The notes under the pieces were generated by a model. It was not told the DNA's origin. It saw only the letters and a program-made list of their open reading frames with translations, and did no database searches. A DNA stretch of 64,000 bases from Myxococcota bacterium (GTDB lineage: Bacteria; Planctomycetota; UBA1135): contig JBLINB010000001.1 of the NCBI GenBank assembly GCA_047638975.1, forward strand, positions 50,981-114,980. Reading direction: 5' to 3'. Position 1 is the stretch's first letter, and each line of letters opens with the position of its first letter. Both the position numbers and the translations under genes were made by a program. Positions 50,668-60,052 of the stretch are shown piece after piece.

Positions 50668-53600
50668 ATGGATGCTCTCATCTCATGGTCGCTGCGAAAC
50701 CGCACCGCAGTAATTGTATTAGCACTGGCTCTATCAGCCTGGGGCGCGTTAACCGCCCTGCGTGCTCCCGTCGATGTGTTTCCAGATTTGACGGCCCCCA
50801 CGGTGACGGTAATAACCGAAACCGCCGGCATGAGTTCAACCGAAGTTGAAAGCTTGGTTACTTTTCCGGTTGAGTCTAGCCTAAATGGTGCACCAAATAT
50901 TAGGCGAGTACGCTCGAGCAGTGCTGTTGGCATCTCGATTGTTTACGCCGAGTTTGAATGGGGTACCGACATTTATCGCGCACGCCAAATCGTTTCCGAA
51001 AAGCTACGCTTGATTGCCGGCTCATTACCCGAGCAAACGGGTGAGCCTATTTTGGCGCCTATTTCTTCGGTGATGGGCGAAATCTTGTTCATCGGCCTGA
51101 CGTCGACTATTACTAGCAAAATTGACCTGCGCACTATTGCCGACACCGACTTGCGGCGCAGGCTGTTATCCGTGCCCGGAGTATCTCAGGTAACCGCAAT
51201 CGGTGGCGGAGCCCGCCAGTACCAAGTCTGGTTAGATCCGACACGCCTTGAAACGTATGGCATTGGTGTCACTCAAATTGCAGACGCCATCGCTGCCGCT
51301 AACGAGAATATTCCCGCTGGTTTTATAAACTATGGCGGCAGCGAATATTTAGTGAGTGGCATCGGTCGTTTCGGCAATACTGACGACATCGCTAATCTAA
51401 CTTTAGAGACACGCAATGGTGTGCCCATCCAAATACGTGATTTAGGTTATGTGAAAATTGATTCGCGGCCGTCGCGCGGCACAGCAACGGTGCAGGGTGA
51501 CGAGGCCGTTACTATTGGCATCCAAAAGCAACCTGGCGCCAATACTCTCGAGCTAACCGCCCGCCTTGAACAAGTTTTCGACGAGCTCGAGTTACAGCTA
51601 CCAGACGATGTCGTTTTGCACCGAGATTTGTTTAGACAAGCTGACTTTATTGAAACCGCGCTTAAGAATGTGATGATGGTATTACTCGATGGTGCATGGT
51701 TAGTGGTGCTCATCATTGCCTTCTTTTTACTCAACGCACGCGCCTCGTTCATTACTCTCACTGCGTTGCCACTGTCGCTACTCGGTGCCATGCTAGTACT
51801 TGACGCCCTCGGTGGAACGATCAACACCATGACTTTAGGTGGTATGGCAATCGCAATTGGTGCCTTAGTCGACGACGCGGTTATCGATGTAGAAAACGTA
51901 TTACGTCGTTTACGCGAAAATGCTAGTCGTCCTGCCGAAGAGCAGCTTCCGACACTGCAAGTAGTGCGTGACGCGAGCATCGAAATTCGCTCGTCGATAG
52001 TGTTTGCGACTTTGATCATCATTCTCGTTTTCGTGCCGCTGTTTTTCCTTTCCGGCATCGAAGGACGCCTTCTGCAACCGCTCGGTCTGGCTTACGTTTC
52101 AGCATTAGCCGCCTCATTAGTTGTAGCCGTGACGGTAACTCCAGTTTTATGTTCATTGTTGTTGTCGCGCTCTAAGGCGATCGAGCACCACAAAGATCCA
52201 CGCCACATTGCGTGGTTAAAATCGATTTACACCGCAACACTATTGCCCGTACTACGCCGCCCATCATTGGTAGTGGCGCCTTCCTTGCTGGCACTCGTAA
52301 TCGCAATCGGCGCAGCCTCACAACTCGGCCGCTCATTCTTACCAGAGTTCAACGAAGGAGCATTAACGATTGCCAGTGCCACCCTTCCTGGCACTTCCTT
52401 GGAGCAGAGCCACCAACTCGCATCGCTAGTTGACCAAACCTTGCTTGCGCTACCCGAAGTGATTTCGGTAGCGCGCCGCAGTGGCCGTGCCGAAGCAGAT
52501 GCACATGCCAACGGCGTCGAAGTAAGTGAGTTCGAAGTGCGCTTAAAAATGCAGGAACGTTCGCGCGAACAATTCATGGACGCCCTGCGTAGCGATCTAA
52601 GTATGGTGCCCGGAGTAATCTTTACCATCGGCCAACCTATTTCGCATCGTATCGACGAAATGTTGTCAGGTACTCGCGCAGCAATTGCAATTAAAATATT
52701 TGGTGACGATTTGCAAGAGTTAAAGCGTCTAGCGAATGAGGTAAAAGATTCTATACAGCAAATCGACGGTATAGTCGACTTGGCAGTTGAACAACAATCT
52801 TCGGTTCCGACTCTACAAGTTAAATTCGATCGCAACGCCATGGGACGCTTCGGCGTAGAGTCGCGCGAACTCTCTGCAACTCTACAAGCGGCAGTGCAAG
52901 GCTACCACGCAACCGAGTTACTCGAAGGACGCTATGCCTTTGATGTCGCACTGCGTCTAGACATAGACGATAATGACCCTCTAGAAACACTGCCACGGGT
53001 ACCGGTGCTAGGTGATGGTGTTACGCCGTTAAGTGCGGTGGCGAGCATCACTCGCAACGCTACGCCCAACAAAATTAATCACGAAAATCTACAGCGCAAA
53101 TTGGTGGTGTCATGCAACGTCGCCGGTCGCGATTTAGTGTCGGTGGTCGAAGATATTCGCGCAGTTGTGCAACCGCAATTTGCAGATTTAAGCGGATACC
53201 GTGTTGAATTTGGTGGGCAATTCGAAAGTGCAAACGCTGCGCAAAAACGAATCAGTCTGTTAAGCATCGCGATTATCTTATGCATTGCCTTTTTGTTACG
53301 TACCGCCTTCGGTAGTGCGCGCGACGCGCTACTCATCATGGCTAATTTACCGCTTGCATTAATCGGTGGCGTAGCTGGTGTGTGGCTTAGCGATGGCGTC
53401 CTTTCAGTCGGTTCAATGATCGGTTTCATCACGGTATTCGGCATTGCTACGCGTAACGGAATTTTGCTAGTCTCGCACTTCCAACATTTGCGACTACACG
53501 AAAAGGTCACCGATATACATCAAGCAGTGGTGCGCGGTTCGCGCGAACGCCTGATACCCATCTTGATGACCGCCTTCGCTTCCGGACTTGCGCTAGTACC

Positions 53601-53736
53601 CCTAGCAATGGCCAGCGGCGAGCCAGGTAGTGAAATTCAAGCGCCAATGGCCTGGGTTATTCTGTTTGGACTGATTAGTTCAACACTATTAAACATGTTA
53701 GTCGTCCCAACACTCTATCTACGATTCGCCAAATGA
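50668..53736 (+). CDS. Heavy-metal efflux (HME) RND transporter, CzcA/CusA family
   Basis: A 1022-aa protein with 12 TM helices. TM4 carries the HME signature AIGALVDDAVIDVENV. Confidence 0.85.
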   Translation: MDALISWSLRNRTAVIVLALALSAWGALTALRAPVDVFPDLTAPTVTVITETAGMSSTEVESLVTFPVESSLNGAPNIRRVRSSSAVGISIVYAEFEWGTDIYRARQIVSEKLRLIAGSLPEQTGEPILAPISSVMGEILFIGLTSTITSKIDLRTIADTDLRRRLLSVPGVSQVTAIGGGARQYQVWLDPTRLETYGIGVTQIADAIAAANENIPAGFINYGGSEYLVSGIGRFGNTDDIANLTLETRNGVPIQIRDLGYVKIDSRPSRGTATVQGDEAVTIGIQKQPGANTLELTARLEQVFDELELQLPDDVVLHRDLFRQADFIETALKNVMMVLLDGAWLVVLIIAFFLLNARASFITLTALPLSLLGAMLVLDALGGTINTMTLGGMAIAIGALVDDAVIDVENVLRRLRENASRPAEEQLPTLQVVRDASIEIRSSIVFATLIIILVFVPLFFLSGIEGRLLQPLGLAYVSALAASLVVAVTVTPVLCSLLLSRSKAIEHHKDPRHIAWLKSIYTATLLPVLRRPSLVVAPSLLALVIAIGAASQLGRSFLPEFNEGALTIASATLPGTSLEQSHQLASLVDQTLLALPEVISVARRSGRAEADAHANGVEVSEFEVRLKMQERSREQFMDALRSDLSMVPGVIFTIGQPISHRIDEMLSGTRAAIAIKIFGDDLQELKRLANEVKDSIQQIDGIVDLAVEQQSSVPTLQVKFDRNAMGRFGVESRELSATLQAAVQGYHATELLEGRYAFDVALRLDIDDNDPLETLPRVPVLGDGVTPLSAVASITRNATPNKINHENLQRKLVVSCNVAGRDLVSVVEDIRAVVQPQFADLSGYRVEFGGQFESANAAQKRISLLSIAIILCIAFLLRTAFGSARDALLIMANLPLALIGGVAGVWLSDGVLSVGSMIGFITVFGIATRNGILLVSHFQHLRLHEKVTDIHQAVVRGSRERLIPILMTAFASGLALVPLAMASGEPGSEIQAPMAWVILFGLISSTLLNMLVVPTLYLRFAK

Positions 53737-54974
53737 AAAAAATCTCATTCATTGTTCTTGCATCAGTAATGGCTGCTTGTGCATCAAGTGATGGTCCTAC
53801 GCCGTTTGCCACTTATGACCCGCCGCCTACTCTAGTCGTCAGTCCACTGGTGATGCCGACCACCCACTGGGGCTCCAAAGAGAAGGTTACGCTAGAAATG
53901 GCATTAACTGCTGCGCGCAACAATTCTCCCGCACTAAAAGCCGCGCAGTTCAGGATTGCTGCGCAACAACATGCGCAACGAGCTGCCGGGCAGTATCCAA
54001 ATTCTGAAGTAACTTTGGGTAATGAAAAGATCGGTCTGTCACAGCCAATAGTCCTTGGTGGCGACTTAGACAGCGAAGAAAAAATCGCCACGGCGCAGCT
54101 AGGGATAGTCGAGGCAGAGTACCAGCAAGCAATATTGCAAGTGGATGCCACACTGCGTGGCGCATTTGCTAGCTTACTGATGCTGCAACTGGCTAATGAC
54201 TATCAAGCGCAACGTTTGGTTTTAGCCGGTCAATCGCTAAGCATCGTGCGTGCGCAAGTCGATGCCGGAGAAATAGCAAATGATGCCACTACTTCATTGC
54301 TACTTGAGCAGGCGTCCTTGCAAGCCCAGCAAGATACTTTATCTGTACAACTTGATGCAGCGCGTCATCAATTAGCCACTCTAGTAGGCGCGGTAAGCAA
54401 CGATTTTATTGCTGTAGGTGAGCTTAATACCATCGTTAAATTGCCAAGACTCGAAGAGCTACTTGCTAACATTGAGCAATTACCAAGTGTGGCGAAAAGT
54501 TTGTCGCAAACACAGGTTGCAAAAATGCAGCGAGATCTTGCTTACGCACAAGCGATTCCTGATTTTAATATTGAGCTGTTTTATACCGCTGACGAGCAAA
54601 TCGAAGCGTCCGTGCTGTTTGAACTACCGCTAAATAGGCAGCGCCGTGAACTACATCGCAGTGCGCAGCAGCAATTATTAGCAGCGCAAAGTGACGCCGA
54701 GTTGAGTGCGCAACAAATGCGCCTAGCACTACAAGAGATGCACTCTCAGCTTAAACGGGCAACCACTGAATATTCGCGCGCGAGCACTATAGTGATTGAT
54801 ACCCTACAGCAACAGCTACTGCTAACAAAATCACGCTTTGAAGCTGGGGATATCAGCCTAGAATCATTAAATAATGCTGAAAGCATGCTGCTAAGGGCAC
54901 AAATTAGCAGCCTTGAGGCATGGCTAAATATGATTCTTGCTTGGCAACGAGTCAGAAGTATAGTTCGCTCTTAG
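53733..54974 (+). CDS. Outer membrane factor lipoprotein (TolC/NodT family)
   Basis: Lipobox VMAACAS and coiled-coil-rich OEP repeats. There is a 4-nt overlap with the RND gene. Confidence 0.75.
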   Translation: MKKISFIVLASVMAACASSDGPTPFATYDPPPTLVVSPLVMPTTHWGSKEKVTLEMALTAARNNSPALKAAQFRIAAQQHAQRAAGQYPNSEVTLGNEKIGLSQPIVLGGDLDSEEKIATAQLGIVEAEYQQAILQVDATLRGAFASLLMLQLANDYQAQRLVLAGQSLSIVRAQVDAGEIANDATTSLLLEQASLQAQQDTLSVQLDAARHQLATLVGAVSNDFIAVGELNTIVKLPRLEELLANIEQLPSVAKSLSQTQVAKMQRDLAYAQAIPDFNIELFYTADEQIEASVLFELPLNRQRRELHRSAQQQLLAAQSDAELSAQQMRLALQEMHSQLKRATTEYSRASTIVIDTLQQQLLLTKSRFEAGDISLESLNNAESMLLRAQISSLEAWLNMILAWQRVRSIVRS

Positions 54975-55089
54975 CGGCTGCTCTAAACCCGTTTTATTCT
55001 TGTTGCGTCAGTGAGTGCTTCTGTCAAGCATGCACATATTTGCCCTTAGCTCACCCACGCTTGCGCCATTTATGCGATATAACCATTAG

Positions 55090-55455
55090 AGGATCGCTTC
55101 CCTCAGCATAGTCCGCAGCATGTCACTCTTCATTAATCACTCCGATAGCCACTATTCGCGCGGCAACCTCAGTGCCCGAATTCACTATCCTACGAACACG
55201 ATTGACGCGCCATTTCCACTCGTCGGATTCATGCACGGATGGCTTGGAACAGCCAGTGATTACGACGCTTTTTGTAATCACCTAGCAAGCTGAGGCTATG
55301 TTGTTTATTCCAACAATACCGAGACCGACCTCTTCGGCACCCCACAAGCAGAAGCAGCAGATACTCAAGCAGGATTGCAATGGGTCGAGGATGAATCTCA
55401 AGATCCGGCCTCTTGGCTTTATGGCATGACCAATAATCAGCCATGGTCGGAGATT
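55090..55455 (+). pseudogene. Degenerate copy of the 5' end of the hydrolase gene at 56601
   Basis: About 80% nt identity to 56640 to 56995. It translates to FMHGWLGTASDYDAFCNHLAS*GYVVYSNNTE, with TGA replacing the Trp codon and an internal deletion near the start. Confidence 0.8.
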
Positions 55456-55745
55456 AACTTGTAACAGACCCCGTTTTATCTGCTCGCTTGCGCAAAGAGT
55501 CTTCTGAATTGTTTAGAGGGCTGAACGGCGTCGGCTTTGGCCGTTGCGATATTCGTATTGCTAGCGACGGCACACCTTATATGTTAAAAATTAATGCCAA
55601 CTGTGGCATTTACTACCCCGACGATGCGGCCGGAAGCGCAGACTTTATTTTGGCCTGCGATCCAGCCGGACACGTTGGCTTTACACAGCTACTTATTGAC
55701 GCTGCTTTTGCGCGTCACAATTCTCGCAAGTGGACTTTTCACCCT
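55456..55745 (+). pseudogene. Orphan copy of the 3' end of the ddl-like gene (47900 to 48171), fused to the fragment above
   Basis: Encodes LFRGLNGVGFGRCDIRIASDGTPYMLKINANCGIYYPDDAAGSADFIL...ARHNSRK. This is about 82% nt identity to 47921 to 48171 with the stop codon lost. Confidence 0.8.
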
Positions 55746-56541
55746 CTTTCTTGCCCGCGTTTTTCTTACGCTCAATAAGTTTTGATCGATCTTGGCCTCG
55801 CTCGCCCTGCGGACGTTCGCCGCGAGCCTGATCACTGCCCATCTTTTGCTGCATTCTTTCCTGCACTGCTGCCATTTTTTCGTCAGCTTCAGCACGAGTC
55901 ATTTTCCCAGACTCTACAGCTTCTCCTAAGCGCTCACGGTAAATAGCCATACGTTCTTCACCGCGAGGATTCTTATTACGCTCAGCGCGTGGAGCATTCT
56001 TTTCTGCGTTTTTCTTACGCTCAATAAGTTTTGATCGATCTTGGCCTCGCTCGCCCTGCGGACGTTCGCCGCGAACCTGATCACTGCCCATCTTTTGCTG
56101 CATTCTCTTGTCTGCTGCTGCCCACTTTTCGCCCGCTTCAGCACGAGTCATTTCACCTGACTTTACCGCTTCCCCTAAGCTTTCACGGAGCATAGTCATA
56201 CGTTCGTTACCGCGGGAATCGTTATCGCCATCCTGTTGGCGCTCAGCACGTGGAGCCCTCTTTGTCGAGTCATAAGTTTTGTACATGGCACGCGCTTGCT
56301 CTTCCGTCAAGTCACCTGCGGCAACAGCCTCGCGTAAACGTCGCCCGACTTTTTCATCTTTCTTCGGAGCGGTTTTACGCATAGCCGAAGTCATCGCTTC
56401 AGCTTGTTCTTGGCTAATCTCACCTGACTCAACAGCTGCTCGTAAACTAGCCTGTACCCCGCCATCGCGTTGAGCGTGAATCAAATCAGTCGCTGAGACA
56501 AGGAGAATCAGCGGCAACAGTGTTTTCATTAGTGTTTTCAT
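55693..56541 (-). CDS. Secreted LTxxQ-motif repeat protein, rep B, a paralog of rep A
   Basis: Signal peptide MKTLMKTLLPLILLV. Motifs AVESGEISQEQAEAM, GDLTEEQARAMYK and GEMTRAEAGEKW, and an 83-aa unit present twice. Confidence 0.5.
   Translation of the reverse strand: MKTLMKTLLPLILLVSATDLIHAQRDGGVQASLRAAVESGEISQEQAEAMTSAMRKTAPKKDEKVGRRLREAVAAGDLTEEQARAMYKTYDSTKRAPRAERQQDGDNDSRGNERMTMLRESLGEAVKSGEMTRAEAGEKWAAADKRMQQKMGSDQVRGERPQGERGQDRSKLIERKKNAEKNAPRAERNKNPRGEERMAIYRERLGEAVESGKMTRAEADEKMAAVQERMQQKMGSDQARGERPQGERGQDRSKLIERKKNAGKKEGEKSTCENCDAQKQRQ
55759..56257. repeat. 249-bp tandem duplication (2 units) inside the rep B gene
   Basis: gtttttcttacgctcaataagttttgatcgatcttggcctcgctcgccctgcggacgttcgccgcga... 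recurs at 55759 and 56008. Confidence 0.85.
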
Positions 56542-56600
56542 CATGCACATATTACCCCTTATATCTGCCATAGTTGCACCGTTTCTGCCATAATAATTAA

Positions 56601-57782
56601 ATGTTCGCTTCTCTCAGTATAGCCCTCAGCCTTTTACTCTTTCAAAATCCGGAAGATTCTGGTGCTTACCAAGTAGCCGTTCAAGACGTCAATCACTCAG
56701 ATAGTCACTACGGGCGTGGCACCATCAGTGCTCGTGTTTACTATCCCACAAACACTAATGACGGGCCATTCCCACTAGTAGCATTCATGCACGGATGGAT
56801 TGAGCCCGCCAGCGATTACGATGATTTTTGTACTCACCTAGCTAGCTGGGGCTACGTTGTTTATTCCAATAATACCGAGACTAGCATATTTGGCACCCTA
56901 CAAGCAGAAGCGGCAGATACTCGAGCGGGATTGCAATGGGTCGAGGACGAATCTCAAGATTCGACATCTTGGCTTTACGGCATGACCAACAATCAACCGT
57001 GGTCTGCTATCGGGCATTCGATGGGTGCCGCAGCCGTGGCCTCCATGTGCAAAATTGACCCCCGTGTAAAGCAAGCGGTTATGTTTGAGCCCTATAAAGG
57101 ATCACTCTTGGGCAACTCAACTAACGCTTTTAACTGGTTTTCAAATTTCAGCGGGCCAGTCTTGGTGATCGGTGGAACCGATGACCTTACAAACAACTGG
57201 TCATCCACAGTTTTCCCTTGGTACAGAACTGCTGACAATTCTTCGAGAAAAATTTGGGCGTTAATCAACGGCGGTGATCACTTCGGCTCAACCGATTCCA
57301 ACATTCATGGCTTATGGGGGTCTGGCTCCCTAAGCTGGAACGACCAACACTTAATCCATCGGCGACTGGCGACGAGTTTTTTACAGGCCGAAATACGCGG
57401 TGATGAAGACTTGCTGCATGACTTGTTTAATACCATCGCTACCGATTTTGAAGCCTCATCTACTGACACTCCAGTGTGGGCTGTCCTTGACCCGAGCAAT
57501 CCGGCGACCATTCAGTTGGGTTCTTTCTCGGCACCCAACAATTATATGCGGATAGCTGGGTCAACAGGTACAGGCTTCACCCAGTCAGCCTTCGGTGACA
57601 TACTGCTCGATATGAGTAACTTCCGGCTTGCCTACGCCAATATAGTCCCTCCAACGGGCCTTTCGCTATCGCAAGTACCCATCAACCCCTCCTTTAGTGG
57701 CTCAACCCTGTATTTCCAGGCTCTGGCGACTGACAGCGGCTTAGGCTCGACCTCTAGCCTAAACGAAGTGTATATCCCATAA
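56601..57782 (+). CDS. Secreted alpha/beta hydrolase (dienelactone hydrolase/chlorophyllase/PETase-like fold)
   Basis: FMHGW...SDYDDFCTHLASWGYVV and the GHSMGAA nucleophile elbow. Confidence 0.6.
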   Translation: MFASLSIALSLLLFQNPEDSGAYQVAVQDVNHSDSHYGRGTISARVYYPTNTNDGPFPLVAFMHGWIEPASDYDDFCTHLASWGYVVYSNNTETSIFGTLQAEAADTRAGLQWVEDESQDSTSWLYGMTNNQPWSAIGHSMGAAAVASMCKIDPRVKQAVMFEPYKGSLLGNSTNAFNWFSNFSGPVLVIGGTDDLTNNWSSTVFPWYRTADNSSRKIWALINGGDHFGSTDSNIHGLWGSGSLSWNDQHLIHRRLATSFLQAEIRGDEDLLHDLFNTIATDFEASSTDTPVWAVLDPSNPATIQLGSFSAPNNYMRIAGSTGTGFTQSAFGDILLDMSNFRLAYANIVPPTGLSLSQVPINPSFSGSTLYFQALATDSGLGSTSSLNEVYIP

Positions 57783-57791
57783 AAAAATACT

Positions 57792-57819
57792 TGACAGAGC
57801 ATATCAAAGTGATATCATG
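57792..57819 (+). promoter_or_regulatory. Sigma70-like promoter whose -10 ends 5 nt before the SPFH ATG, suggesting a leaderless mRNA
   Basis: TTGACA-N16-TATCAT, then gccgat, then the ATG at 57825. Confidence 0.4.
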
Positions 57820-57824
57820 CCGAT

Positions 57825-58805
57825 ATGCAAAACACTCCGTCCAACGAGACTCGCTTCAACCCACTATCGGCATGGGTATGCCTAGCTGCCATAGTCGGCT
57901 CTATCGTTTTACTTACTGTTCTCGCCGTAAACATGGAACCGACAACCGTGGATGCGCCTCCATTTGTCGTCCCAGGCAGCACCTTCGATATCGGTGATCA
58001 TGCTCATGCGGGCGTGGGATACACAAAAACAGGAGGCGGAGAGGAGGCAGTCCCGTTGATTATAGTTTTCGGTGTTATCTTTTTCTTAATACCAGCCCTT
58101 GTCGGTTGCTTCGTCGTTGGGCCCAACCAGTCACGCGTGCTAGTCTTATTCGGTAAATACAGAGGAACGGTCCGCAAGCAAGGTTTTTACTGTACTAACC
58201 CTTTCACCCTTAAACACAAGGTTTCGTTGAAGGCGCATAACATCGCTACGCAAACGATTAAAGTTAACGACCTGCGTGGCAATCCCATTGAGATTGGCGC
58301 CGTTGTCGTTTGGCAAGTTGCAAACACTGCTCAGGCATTGTTTGACGTCGAAGACTACGTAAATTATGTCGACGTACAAATCGAAACAGCATTACGGGCG
58401 GTAGCAGCCCTTCATCCTTATGATGAGCAAGGGAATCAGGTGATTGTTAGCCTACGAGGAGACTCTGAAACCGTCGCCGACGAGTTACAAAGTATGATTG
58501 CCGATCGTTTATCACGCGCTGGCATTCAAGTTCTTGAGGCACGCATCTCGCACTTGGCATACGCGCAAGAAATTGCACACGCTATGTTGCAGGTACAACA
58601 AGCAGACGCCGTTATCGCGGCCAAGAGAAAGATTGTCGAAGGCGCGGTGGGCATGGTTGAACAAGCACTTGCCGACTTATCAAAACGCAATGTTCTCGAG
58701 ATGGACGACGAGCGCAAAGCAACGATGGTCTCTAATTTATTAGTTGTGCTATGCAGTCAAGAAAGCGCAACACCAATCATCAACACCGGATCACTCTACT
58801 CATAA
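57825..58805 (+). CDS. SPFH/band 7 domain membrane protein
   Basis: Two N-terminal TM helices, then a stomatin/HflK-like core (VGPNQSRVLVLFGKY...). Confidence 0.7.
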   Translation: MQNTPSNETRFNPLSAWVCLAAIVGSIVLLTVLAVNMEPTTVDAPPFVVPGSTFDIGDHAHAGVGYTKTGGGEEAVPLIIVFGVIFFLIPALVGCFVVGPNQSRVLVLFGKYRGTVRKQGFYCTNPFTLKHKVSLKAHNIATQTIKVNDLRGNPIEIGAVVVWQVANTAQALFDVEDYVNYVDVQIETALRAVAALHPYDEQGNQVIVSLRGDSETVADELQSMIADRLSRAGIQVLEARISHLAYAQEIAHAMLQVQQADAVIAAKRKIVEGAVGMVEQALADLSKRNVLEMDDERKATMVSNLLVVLCSQESATPIINTGSLYS

Positions 58806-58809
58806 AGCA

Positions 58810-59001
58810 ATGGCACCTTCACCCAAACGTAAATCTTTTCTGCTACGCATGAACGAAGAAGTACTTAACGAAGTGCGTGAATGGTCGACGCAAGATATGC
58901 GTTCGCTTAATGCGCACATCGAATTCTTGCTAAAGGAAGCTCTAAAGAAACGTAAAGGAGCCGAAAAAGAAAAAAAGGATGACGGCCGTATGGCCATATA
59001 A
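58810..59001 (+). CDS. Arc/MetJ-type ribbon-helix-helix DNA-binding protein
   Basis: KRKSFLLRMNEEVLNEVREWSTQDMRSLNAHIEFLLKEAL fits the beta-strand then two-helix RHH pattern. The start was taken at MAPSPKRK. Confidence 0.45.
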   Translation: MAPSPKRKSFLLRMNEEVLNEVREWSTQDMRSLNAHIEFLLKEALKKRKGAEKEKKDDGRMAI

Positions 59002-59024
59002 AGGTGCTCAGCGGCTGCCCTTTT

Positions 59025-59975
59025 TCAGTCGCTTGACGCTGCGCTGTCTGGCGCTAAGACTGTCGAGTCGTCACGTATGTGTACAGTGCCTCGATCGCGC
59101 GCCAAGTTGATTTGCTTGATACGCTCGGCGAAGCTAGCTTTTTGTTCTGCAGTGGTATGCGAAAAACAGTGCGGGCAACTCACCCCATCTTGAAACTCTG
59201 GAGTTTCTCGGTCTTGCTTGTTGATAGGGTTTCGGCACGCCCAGCATAAAGTAAAGCTTCCTTCTTTAAGGCCATGCGTGACAGAAACTCTTTGGTCGAA
59301 AACAAAACATTCGCCTTCCCATTCGGACTCTTCTTCAGGGACGTTTTCTAGATACTTTAGGATTCCGCCTTTGAGATGAAAGACTTCTTCGATGCCTTCG
59401 TTCTTCAAAAAAGCTGTCGATTTTTCACAGCGGATGCCGCCGGTGCAAAACATCGCTACCTTGGGTTGATCGCGGGTTTTCATTTCTTCACGCAGCCAAT
59501 CAGGGAACGCCCTAAAGCTTTGAAGCCCTGGGTTTTTTGCACCCTTAAAAGTACCGATAGCCACTTCGTAGTCGTTGCGCGTATCAATGACTAAAACATC
59601 TGGATCTTGAATCAATGCGTTCCAGTCGTGTGGATCGACATAGGTTCCGACGATCTGTTTAGGATCGAGTCCTTCGACGCCCATCGAGACGATCTCTTTT
59701 TTAGGACGTACTTTAATCCGGTGAAACGGAGAGGTTTCGGCAGTAGCGAATTTGACTTCGATCTCTGCAAAGCGCGCATCGCTTTTTATGAAGTTAAGCA
59801 CTGCCTCAATACCATCAGGATGGCCAGCAATCGTGCCGTTGATGCCTTCGGATGCCAACAATATCGTGCCGTTGACGCCGTTGGTGCGACATGCCTCTAA
59901 TATCCGGCCACGAAGTTCTTCGATATCGGAGATACTGACAAACTTATAAAGTGCTGCGACTAAGAATGGTGACAT
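59025..59975 (-). CDS. trhO: tRNA uridine(34) hydroxylase TrhO (rhodanese-domain YceA family)
   Basis: YKF...GINGTI N-terminal domain, rhodanese CTGGIRCEK active-site loop and a C-terminal CxxC. Confidence 0.8.
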   Translation of the reverse strand: MSPFLVAALYKFVSISDIEELRGRILEACRTNGVNGTILLASEGINGTIAGHPDGIEAVLNFIKSDARFAEIEVKFATAETSPFHRIKVRPKKEIVSMGVEGLDPKQIVGTYVDPHDWNALIQDPDVLVIDTRNDYEVAIGTFKGAKNPGLQSFRAFPDWLREEMKTRDQPKVAMFCTGGIRCEKSTAFLKNEGIEEVFHLKGGILKYLENVPEEESEWEGECFVFDQRVSVTHGLKEGSFTLCWACRNPINKQDRETPEFQDGVSCPHCFSHTTAEQKASFAERIKQINLARDRGTVHIRDDSTVLAPDSAASSD

Positions 59976-60052
59976 GAATGCGGTGTGTAGAGCCTGAGAG
60001 CGGCCTATTTTATCCTGTCTTAATCAAACCGTAATACCTCTGGCCCTACAAA

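Noticed and set aside
51447-52841. Long antisense ORFs inside the RND transporter gene (51447 to 52058 and 52227 to 52841, minus strand)
   Set aside because: They are Ser/Ala/Arg-rich low-complexity translations that are typical antisense artefacts of a GC-balanced membrane-protein gene.
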